This document shows positions 56,855-64,000 of a stretch of DNA of 64,000 bases, piece after piece; within the stretch, counting starts at the first letter, position 1, and each line of letters begins with the position of its first letter. Below the pieces are notes generated by a model. That model had not been told where the DNA came from, did no database searches, and saw nothing but the letters and a program-made list of their open reading frames with translations. Source of the stretch: Dehalococcoidia bacterium (GTDB taxonomy: Bacteria; Chloroflexota; Dehalococcoidia; Bin125). Location of the stretch: the NCBI GenBank assembly GCA_963555985.3, contig OY820591.1, positions 2,528,001 through 2,592,000 on the forward strand, read 5' to 3'. A program made the position numbers and the translations under genes.

Positions 56855-59800
56855 ATGCCCACCCACGAACACACCATCAACATCGCCCTCGGCGAAGTCC
56901 TCCAACAACTCCGCCCCCACAGCTGGCGCATCGTCTCCGAGCAGCTCGGACAACTCCGCGGCGGCGGACGACCCGACATCCTGATCGAAGAAGCCTCCCA
57001 GTGGCCCGTCGTGATCGAGGCCGAGCGCGCCAACCACGACAGCGCCGAGAGCGACGCCAAAAACCGCCTCGGCCGCATCGTCAACGAAACCCGCAAGCCG
57101 ATCGAGAGCGCCATCGCCCTCGTCTATCCGCCCGGCCTGCTGGAACTCGACGGCGAAGCATTGCGCCAGGCGCTCCGCGACACCGACCAGCTCGAATACG
57201 CCCTGCTCACCCGCACCCCGGGCGGCGGCCTCGAACGCTTGCCCGAAAGCGGCTGGCTCAACGGCTCCGCCCGCGACCTCGCCATGCTCGCCCACCGCGC
57301 CTCCACGCCCGCCCCCCGCGTCGAGCGCATGGGCGTCATCCTCGAACAGAGCATCGAGAACGCCGCCGCCGAATTCACCGCCCGACACCCCTCCCACGCA
57401 CCCGGCTCACTCGGCGCCGACATCGCCGCACTCCTCGGACAATCCGACGACCAAGCCGGACAAACCCGCCGCATGGCCATGACCGTCATCATCAACGCCC
57501 TCATCTTCCACGAAGCCCTCGCCCAAGCCGAGTTCTACATCACAAATCCCCAGTCCCCGCCCTCGGGTCCCCCGTCCGGCTCCCAGTCCCCGCTTCATGC
57601 GGGGACCAGCTCCACTCCCCCCTCTGCGACGGGAGCTGCCCGCTCCCCCTCCCCCTCTCCCCCCGCACCGCGAGCGGAGTCGTCACCAAGCGACAGAGGG
57701 GGGTCCCCCCGCCGACTCCAACACCTCCGCCAACTCCTACCCCCAGGCGACTTCGACCTCGACGCCCTCACCCTCGAATGGCAGGCCGTCCTCAAAATCA
57801 ACTACTGGCCCATCTTCGCCACCGCCGCAGAAATCATCCGCAAACTGCCCGAAGAGACCGCCGCCGAAGTCTTAACTCCACTGCGCAAGGGCGCCCTCCG
57901 ACTCGTCCAACGCGGACTCGCCAAATCACACGACCTCACCGGCGTCATCTTCCAGCGCCTCATCGCCGACCGCAAATTCCTCGCCACCTTCTACACCAGA
58001 CCAGCCGCCGCCGCACTCCTCGCCGGACTCGCCATCCCCGCCGACCGCGCCCCCGGCGGCGCCCAATGGGGCGACGAAGACACCATCGCCGCACTCCAAA
58101 TCGGAGACTTCGCCTGCGGCACCGGCACCCTCCTCTCCGCCGCCTACCAGCGCATCGGACTCCTCCACGAACTCCACGGCGGCGACCCCAAAACCCTCCA
58201 CGCACCCATGATGAAGCACGGACTCGTCGGCCTCGACGTCCTCAACATCGCCGTCCACCTCACCGCCGCGCAGCTAGCTGGTACGCACCCCGATGTACCG
58301 TTCGATGGCGAATGCTTGCTGACTATGCCGTACAACGAACCAGAGACAGCAGTGGGATCGCTTGAACTGCTGGTGCCACACGCGTCGCCAGACATGATCG
58401 ACGCTGCTGCTGCCGTAACCGCCGGAGGGCGAAGTCCGGAGAATATCCAGGACCTAGTGACGAAGGTAGGCCACGGCAGATTTGATCTCGTGATTATGAA
58501 CCCCCCGTTTAGTCGCGCGACATCGCACGAAGGCGGAAACATCGGACAAGGAAGCCCCGCCTTTGCCGCATTTGATACTCCACGCGAAGTGCAGCAGGCA
58601 AAACTCAAACACCTCAATCGCGTCGCCGGCAAGGGAAAGTTTGGCAACATGCGGGCTGGGTTGGGCACCCACTTCGTCGACCTCGGTTTGCGCAAGCTGA
58701 GCAATGGCGGAACGTTAGCACTCGTCTTGCCAACTACGTCGCTGAGTGGCGCTCTTTGGCAGCAACTCCGCGACGCACTCAGAGCAAACTTCGAGAACAT
58801 TACCGTCGTTAGCGTGTCCGAAGCCGGATCATTCGACCGGTCGTTCTCAGCCGACACCGGAATTGCGGAATGCCTAATCGTTGCTTCAGATAAGGGGGAA
58901 TCATGCCAATACGCGCGCTTCGTGATGCTGAATCGGCAGCCCGCCAGTACGGCGAGAGTCGACTCCATTGCTGCTGGCATTCAACACTTGACGGAGCGCG
59001 CGGATTCCGACCACCAGACCGAACCCGAAATGGATAGTCGTCAACTCTATGCCGGAAATGAATACGTAGGGCAGATCATCAGCGCACCATTGCCGATAGA
59101 CGGCCCTTGGCCGATTGCGGGCATCGACGACTTCGAACTCGTCTCCGCCGCTGCGGAACTCTGCAATGGGAGACTCGTTGAAGTTGGTAACCCTACCACA
59201 AAGCCTATTCCGATTCCGATCGTGCCTGTTCGAACAATCGCGGGTGTCGGCTTCTCCGACATGGAGATTGCGGGAGACAAACCTGACGGCGATCCTCAAG
59301 GTCCGTTCGAACTCGTTCGACCCGCTGAGTCAAATGTACCGAACTATCCAATGCTCTGGAACCATAAGGCAGCGCTTGAGAGGCACTTGACGGTCGGATA
59401 CGACTCCGAAGGACGAATAAAGCAGATCCAACGCTTGCAGACTGGGATTGACCGTGACGCTGCAACAGTGTGGGCTACAGCGACCCGTGCCCACTACAAT
59501 CGAGACCTCCGTTTCAACTCCCAATCGCTGACTGTAGCGATGACGGAACGCAAGTGCATCGGAGGCCGAGCATGGCCCTCCGTGATCTTGCACGACCCGA
59601 ACCACGAGTACGCGTTCTCATTGTGGTGCAACTCCACGCTCGGGCTCTTGACTCACTGGTGGGTCACTAACAAGTCGCAAGACGGCCGCGGCACAACAAC
59701 CGTCACCGGCATCCCTAACATCCCAACCCTCGACACCCGAGCCCTCACCAAAGCCCAACACGCCGAAGCCAAGAAACAATTCCAAGCCCTCGCCAACACC

Positions 59801-60031
59801 CGCTTCCTCCCCTTCGACCAAATCGACGAAGACCCCGCCCGAGCCAAACTCGACCGAGCCATCCTCGTCAACGTCCTCAATCTCCCCAACTCCCTAGTCG
59901 CCCCCAACGGCCCCATCGACCTCATCCGCCGCAAACTAGCCCAAGAACCCCAAATCCACGGAGGCAAAAAGTCCCGAGTCCTCTTCACCCCCAACGGCGA
60001 GCGCTCCGTCAAGCGGGACGACCGCGCCTGA
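56855..60031 (+). CDS. Type IIG-like fused restriction endonuclease / N6-adenine methyltransferase
   Basis: N-terminal RPDILI...VVIEAE (PD-(D/E)xK-like), ATFYT, DFACGTGTLL (motif I), IMNPPF (motif IV), long C-terminal TRD-like region. Confidence 0.82.
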   Translation: MPTHEHTINIALGEVLQQLRPHSWRIVSEQLGQLRGGGRPDILIEEASQWPVVIEAERANHDSAESDAKNRLGRIVNETRKPIESAIALVYPPGLLELDGEALRQALRDTDQLEYALLTRTPGGGLERLPESGWLNGSARDLAMLAHRASTPAPRVERMGVILEQSIENAAAEFTARHPSHAPGSLGADIAALLGQSDDQAGQTRRMAMTVIINALIFHEALAQAEFYITNPQSPPSGPPSGSQSPLHAGTSSTPPSATGAARSPSPSPPAPRAESSPSDRGGSPRRLQHLRQLLPPGDFDLDALTLEWQAVLKINYWPIFATAAEIIRKLPEETAAEVLTPLRKGALRLVQRGLAKSHDLTGVIFQRLIADRKFLATFYTRPAAAALLAGLAIPADRAPGGAQWGDEDTIAALQIGDFACGTGTLLSAAYQRIGLLHELHGGDPKTLHAPMMKHGLVGLDVLNIAVHLTAAQLAGTHPDVPFDGECLLTMPYNEPETAVGSLELLVPHASPDMIDAAAAVTAGGRSPENIQDLVTKVGHGRFDLVIMNPPFSRATSHEGGNIGQGSPAFAAFDTPREVQQAKLKHLNRVAGKGKFGNMRAGLGTHFVDLGLRKLSNGGTLALVLPTTSLSGALWQQLRDALRANFENITVVSVSEAGSFDRSFSADTGIAECLIVASDKGESCQYARFVMLNRQPASTARVDSIAAGIQHLTERADSDHQTEPEMDSRQLYAGNEYVGQIISAPLPIDGPWPIAGIDDFELVSAAAELCNGRLVEVGNPTTKPIPIPIVPVRTIAGVGFSDMEIAGDKPDGDPQGPFELVRPAESNVPNYPMLWNHKAALERHLTVGYDSEGRIKQIQRLQTGIDRDAATVWATATRAHYNRDLRFNSQSLTVAMTERKCIGGRAWPSVILHDPNHEYAFSLWCNSTLGLLTHWWVTNKSQDGRGTTTVTGIPNIPTLDTRALTKAQHAEAKKQFQALANTRFLPFDQIDEDPARAKLDRAILVNVLNLPNSLVAPNGPIDLIRRKLAQEPQIHGGKKSRVLFTPNGERSVKRDDRA
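57545..57710 (+). repeat. REP-A-derived in-frame insertion within the RM gene
   Basis: ctctccccccgcaccgcgagcggagtcgtcaccaagcgacagaggggggtcc and gtccccgcttcatgcgggg; encodes a Pro/Ser-rich loop. Confidence 0.7.
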
Positions 60032-60066
60032 GCCTCTCCACTCCGTTCCCCGCTTTCCCCCTTGCG

Positions 60067-60208
60067 GAGACGTGCGCACAATCCCAAATTCCGTCATTCC
60101 AGGCTTGACCTGGAATCTCGTCCGGAATTGCGGGCTATCTGGTTGGAGCGAGATTCCAGCGTTCGCTGGAATGACGAGAGCAACGGGAATCTGATGTACG
60201 CGCAACTC
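60067..60208. mobile_element. MITE with 8-bp target duplication, carrying a REP-B pair, inserted in a REP-A
   Basis: CCCTTGCG at 60059-60066 and 60209-60216; imperfect ends GAGACGTGCGCACAAT / ATGTACGCGCAACTC; internal gtcattccagg...tggaatc and gattccagc...tggaatgac. Confidence 0.7.
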
Positions 60209-60376
60209 CCCTTGCGGGGGAAGCTGCCGAAAGCCTGCCCCGCACTTGATGCGGGGGCTGAAGGGGGTCCCGCTCCTCGACGATCGCACTGGGATCGTTC
60301 GCGGGTATCCTTGACAACCCGGTCCGAGATCGCTATCCGACAACGAAAGCGCAAGCGCTGACACGAGGGAACAAGA

Positions 60377-60847
60377 ATGCCGTACGCGCCCACCACAGTC
60401 TCGAATCGCTTTCTGCAGCTCGCGACCGGCGCCGGACGACCACTGAGCCCGATGCAGGCGCAAAAGCTCGTCTATTTCGCGCACGGCATGCACTTGGCGC
60501 GAGACCTGGGCCCGCTCTGTGACGAGGAACCGCAAGCCTGGCTCTATGGGCCGGTATTCCCAAGCCTCTATCACGCGCTGAAGATTTGGGGAGGTGCGCC
60601 GATCCTCAAGCCGGCAAGAACGCCACGAGAAGTGGTTGACGCTCGTTCCCAGGAGATCATCGAACTCGCTTGGAATGTATACGGACACATGAGGGCCATG
60701 CAGCTGTCGAACAGGTCGCACGATCCCGATGGACCTTGGTTCAAGGTTCGTGAACGCACCGGCGGAGACCACTTTGCGGTGATCCCCAACACGGAAATCC
60801 GTGCCTACTTCAAGGCTCTCAACCATGCCCATTCCCCCGCCGGATGA
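60377..60847 (+). CDS. Panacea (SocA/DUF4065) antitoxin
   Basis: MQAQKLVYFAHG, PQAWLYGPVFPSLY, QLSNRSH..GPW, IPNTEIRAYF. Confidence 0.88.
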   Translation: MPYAPTTVSNRFLQLATGAGRPLSPMQAQKLVYFAHGMHLARDLGPLCDEEPQAWLYGPVFPSLYHALKIWGGAPILKPARTPREVVDARSQEIIELAWNVYGHMRAMQLSNRSHDPDGPWFKVRERTGGDHFAVIPNTEIRAYFKALNHAHSPAG

Positions 60848-61169
60848 ATCAAGCGCACTGCCCGAAAATCCCCCTGATGACTCTGATGTCGGTCTGTGGC
60901 AGATGGAGTACGTCGGAACTGCGGCAGAGTTGTCCCGTTTGGAGAGCGAGCGACAGCTGCGCACCTTGAAGTTTGCCTACGGCCTCTTCCTTCCAATCCT
61001 CTACTTCATTTGGTTCAGCGCAAGTTTGGCGGTCGTGTTTCTCAGTGGCTTCGGCGCGTTCTCATTTGACGTGCCGGCAGCCGTCGAAATCAGCGCGTTC
61101 ACGTCGCTGGGTAGCGGAGTCGCGATCCCACTCGGCCTGGTCGCCAGAAGCCTGTTCACCAACCAATAG
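60825..61169 (+). CDS. Two-TM membrane protein, putative Panacea-paired toxin
   Basis: Overlaps the antitoxin 3' end; two hydrophobic helices ending VARSLF. Confidence 0.6.
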   Translation: MPIPPPDESSALPENPPDDSDVGLWQMEYVGTAAELSRLESERQLRTLKFAYGLFLPILYFIWFSASLAVVFLSGFGAFSFDVPAAVEISAFTSLGSGVAIPLGLVARSLFTNQ

Positions 61170-61211
61170 ATCACGACCAGTCCAGATTAGACAGAGGCAC
61201 TCGAAAGCACT

Positions 61212-61316
61212 CTCCGCCGAAAACTCGCCCAAGAACCCCAAATCCACGGAGGCAAAAAGTCCCGCGTCCTCTTCACCCCCACCGGCGAACGCGCCGTCAA
61301 GCGGGAAGACCGTTGA
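61212..61316 (+). repeat. Second copy of the RM gene 3' end
   Basis: Encodes LRRKLAQEPQIHGGKKSRVLFTPTGERAVKREDR-stop, versus IRRKLAQEPQIHGGKKSRVLFTPNGERSVKRDDRA-stop at 59924-60031. Confidence 0.92.
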
Positions 61317-61343
61317 TACCCTGTCCCCAGCTGGAGGTGATGC

Positions 61344-61640
61344 ATGGCGACAATGAACCCGGTCCTCCGTCTGCGCCGAGCCTTCCGCTCGATCAGCGAA
61401 CCCCAGCCCATGTCCGGCGAGGCCGCTGACGAAGTCGCCGAAGAAGCGGCCGATGCGGTCAGCGACTACAGCTACAGCCGCCAAGAGTCGGACCTCCGTT
61501 TCGAGCGCATGATGGCCGAAATGCGCCAGCAGACCGCCGAGATGCGTGAGCACATAGCTGACCAGACCAATCGCATCCTGCTCGGCGTGCTGGTGATCGT
61601 CAGCATTGCGGTAGGCATCATCCTCGCATTTGTCGCCTAA
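61344..61640 (+). CDS. Small coiled-coil protein with C-terminal TM anchor (copy 1)
   Basis: GGAGG RBS; MATMNPVLRLRRAFRS...EEAADAV.DYSYSRQESDLR...TM. Confidence 0.75.
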   Translation: MATMNPVLRLRRAFRSISEPQPMSGEAADEVAEEAADAVSDYSYSRQESDLRFERMMAEMRQQTAEMREHIADQTNRILLGVLVIVSIAVGIILAFVA

Positions 61641-61859
61641 CCCCCTCACGGCCAGGGCTCCTTCCAGGTCCTCCAGTGGGCGCCGCGGCTTTGCAGCGCC
61701 CGGACGGCGCACTCATGCTGCGCACCCACTACAGCCTCAGCGAGCCACACGTCCGCACGAGCCCAAACGCCGCGAGGACGCCACAACCGTCACCGCCATC
61801 CCCCAACATCCCCAGCCCCACTCAACTGTCGCCCCCGCAACACTCCCCCCGACCCGCGA

Positions 61860-62145
61860 CCGCCACAGCACACCAGTCCGTATATGATGGCCTACGCCCA
61901 ACCCCGCCCCAGCCATCCAGCCAAGCCCGCCATGACCAACCGCCCCCGCCCAAACACTCCCAACCAAACTCGAACCCCACACGCCAAAATCCGAACCACG
62001 TGAAACAAAATGAAACAGAGTGAAACAAAATGAAACAGAGTGAAACAAAATGAAACAGAACCGAACACCTCAACCCGCAATTCGCCGCCCCAGGCGGCAA
62101 ATTCACGTCATCCACCCAAAAATTCGCCCGCCTGCCGAACATCCC
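61860..62145 (+). mobile_element. Non-coding copy of the dispersed 10-bp-phased repeat element
   Basis: GTCCGTATATGATGG...CCCGCCATGACC; six TGAAACA[AAA/GAG/GAA] 10-mers at 62001-62060 flanked by CCGAAC units. Confidence 0.6.
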
Positions 62146-62149
62146 CCGC

Positions 62150-62232
62150 GAACCTCAAATCCACGGAGGCAAAAGCTCCGATCCCTCTTCACCGACGAAG
62201 GCGAGAAGAGCGTCAAGCACCGCGACCGCTGA
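62150..62232 (+). repeat. Third, more diverged and frameshifted copy of the RM gene 3' end
   Basis: gaacctcaaatccacggaggcaaaag (EPQIHGGK), then RSLFTDEGEKSVKHRDR-stop in another frame. Confidence 0.85.
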
Positions 62233-62258
62233 TACTCTGTCCGCAGGTGGAGGCTCCA

Positions 62259-62543
62259 ATGGCCACGATGAATCCCGTGCTCCGCCTGCGCCGAGCCTTC
62301 CGCTCGGTCGCGGGGCCCGAGCCAGTCTCCGAACAGCAGGCTGAGGAAGCCGCCGAAGAGGCTGCCGACGCGATCACCAGCTACAGCTACAGCCAACGCG
62401 AATCCGACCTGCGCCACGCGCAGATGCTGGCGGATTTCGGCCGGCAAATGGCGGAGACGCGCAACCAGATCCTGCTCGCCATCTTCCTCGCCGCCGGCCT
62501 GATCATTGCCGCGCTCGGCCTCATCATCGCCCTCGTCGACTGA
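62259..62543 (+). CDS. Small coiled-coil protein with C-terminal TM anchor (copy 2)
   Basis: GGAGG RBS; identical first 16 aa to 61344; diverged coiled coil and TM. Confidence 0.75.
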   Translation: MATMNPVLRLRRAFRSVAGPEPVSEQQAEEAAEEAADAITSYSYSQRESDLRHAQMLADFGRQMAETRNQILLAIFLAAGLIIAALGLIIALVD

Positions 62544-62550
62544 CCTACAC

Positions 62551-64000
62551 CTACACCCGCGCCAACCCCTCCGCAATCACTCCATCCTCTGCCAAGCGAC
62601 CGATCTCCACCGAACTCATCCCCAGCAACTCCCCCAGCACGTAGTGATTGTCCTCCCCGTACAAGGGCGCGCCCCGATCAATCGCCCCGCCCATGAACGG
62701 CGGCGTCTCGCTCCACTTCACCGGAACCTCCTTCGTCGGCCACGCCCCCATCTCCGAGTGCTCCACCTCCGTCAGCCAGTTCAGATGCGCCAACTGCGGA
62801 TCGACCTCCAACCGATCCTGCGCGTCCTGGCAAACTCCCGCCGCCACGCCCGCCTCTTGCAACCGCTCCATCACCTCCCAGCGGTCCTGCTGCCGCGTCC
62901 ACTCCGAGACCCGCTCGTCCAGCTCGTCCTGGTGCGCCAGACGATCCGCCAGCGTCGCAAAACGCTCCGACGCCGACCACTCCGGATCGCCCATCACCCG
63001 CCGCAGCGACTCCCAGTCCGACTCCTCGAAGCAAGCAATCGCCACCCAGCGGTCGCTCGACTCCACATCGTCGCGGCAGGGATACGCTCCGTGCGGAGCC
63101 GCAGGCTTGTACGGCGAACGGTTGCCGAAACGCTGCCAGACCGTCCCGTTCGCCGACCACTCCAACACCGACGTGCCGTTCAGGTAGATGCCCGCATCCA
63201 CCTGCGACGAGTCGATCCACTGCCCCTTACCCGTCATCTCCCGGTAGTACAGCGCCGCCATCATCGCGTTCGCCAGGTTGTACGCTCCGAACCAGTCCAG
63301 GTAGCTGTAACCCCAACCCGCCGGCGCATAAGGCTCCGGCAGCCCCGACAGCTCCGAGATACCCCCGAACGACGCCGCAATCGGCCCCACCGTCCGGTAG
63401 CGCCCGTACACCCCCACCTGCCCCATCCCCGACTGCGAGAGGTAGATGATATCCGGCTTGATCTCCTTCATCACCTCATAGCCCAAACCCCAACGCTCCA
63501 TCACCCCAGGCGAAAACCCCTCCGCCACAATGTCGGAAATCGACACCAGTCGCTTCGCAATCTCCAGCCCCCGAGGATCGCGCAAATTCAGCGACAGCCC
63601 CCGGTGTCCCGCATGAAAGTCGTTGAACTGTCCCGACCGGTTGATCGTCGAGTTATCCGGCGGCAACGGCCCTTCGTTCATCCCAAGCGCCGCACGAGCC
63701 GCCTGACCGCCCTGCGGAAACTGCGCCATCCCCACGCGCAAGTCCATGTTCTGGTGCCACTCCACCTTGATGTCCTCCGCCCCCAGAGCCGAAAGGAACC
63801 GAGGCGCGCCACCGGAAGCAAGCCACCAGGTGAAGTCCAGAATCCGAACCCCGTCCAACGGAAACGGCGTCCCCCACCGCGAACGCGCGCCGACTGCACC
63901 GTTTGCGGACGGAGATGTCCGAACCGCCTCTCTCTGTTCTCCCCCCGCATCGCGGGGGGAGCTGCCGTAGGCGGAGGGGGGTCCGCCGGACTCCAACTCC
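62551..64000 (-). CDS. Family III CoA transferase (CaiB/BaiF); probably the C-terminal half of a gene that begins beyond the window
   Basis: PLDGVRILDFTW, LGAEDIKVE, DIVAEGFSPGVMERWGLGYE, APHGAYPC, APLYGEDN; frame open to the window edge. Confidence 0.88.
   Translation of the reverse strand, partial: ELESGGPPSAYGSSPRDAGGEQREAVRTSPSANGAVGARSRWGTPFPLDGVRILDFTWWLASGGAPRFLSALGAEDIKVEWHQNMDLRVGMAQFPQGGQAARAALGMNEGPLPPDNSTINRSGQFNDFHAGHRGLSLNLRDPRGLEIAKRLVSISDIVAEGFSPGVMERWGLGYEVMKEIKPDIIYLSQSGMGQVGVYGRYRTVGPIAASFGGISELSGLPEPYAPAGWGYSYLDWFGAYNLANAMMAALYYREMTGKGQWIDSSQVDAGIYLNGTSVLEWSANGTVWQRFGNRSPYKPAAPHGAYPCRDDVESSDRWVAIACFEESDWESLRRVMGDPEWSASERFATLADRLAHQDELDERVSEWTRQQDRWEVMERLQEAGVAAGVCQDAQDRLEVDPQLAHLNWLTEVEHSEMGAWPTKEVPVKWSETPPFMGGAIDRGAPLYGEDNHYVLGELLGMSSVEIGRLAEDGVIAEGLARV
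63938..63984 (+). repeat. REP-A within the CoA transferase reading frame
   Basis: tctccccccgcatcgcggggggagctgccgtaggcggagggggggtcc-like sequence; reads GPPSAYGSSPRDAGGE on the minus strand. Confidence 0.7.

Noticed and set aside
56128-58365. 745-aa Arg/Pro-rich ORF, and many other long alternative-frame or antisense ORFs (e.g. 6446-7831, 20555-21907, 45012-46376)
   Set aside because: Shadow ORFs from high-GC codon bias that overlap well-supported genes; no motifs.
59924-62232. Repeated RM tail as a DGR template/variable repeat or as prophage attL/attR
   Set aside because: Differences are not adenine-specific, and there is no reverse transcriptase, integrase or phage gene in the window.

Overview
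High-GC bacterial chromosomal segment. The gene content (three F420/LLM oxidoreductases, tandem paralog expansions, lipoprotein substrate-binding proteins, a Chloroflexus-type malyl-CoA lyase, PAC2) suggests Chloroflexota, Dehalococcoidia-like; that assignment is inference. Most of the window is catabolic and transport genes: enoyl-CoA hydratases, a Liv-type ABC system with 5 binding domains, a Zn/Mn ABC transporter, a P-type ATPase, SDRs, HpaB plus VOC, acyl-CoA dehydrogenases, GDH, 2 Zn-ADHs, 3 serine hydrolases and a family III CoA transferase. I recognised no rRNA, tRNA, CRISPR array, integrase or transposase. Four things stand out. (1) A Type IIG-like restriction-modification gene has its 3' end repeated twice downstream (about 105 and 83 bp), and each copy heads a different cargo (a Panacea toxin-antitoxin pair, or a small coiled-coil/TM gene), like a stacked cassette array. 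(2) A dispersed element family has 10-bp-phased GAAAC/GAAC/GGAC repeats; one copy still encodes an HTH protein. (3) REP hairpins, MITE-like wrappers (one with an 8-bp target duplication) and ~25-bp mini-inserts are nested in three tiers, and some REP copies sit in-frame inside genes. (4) A gene-independent G/T to C/A strand skew flips mid-window, and these elements are co-oriented with it. All calls were made by eye from motifs; no searches were run.
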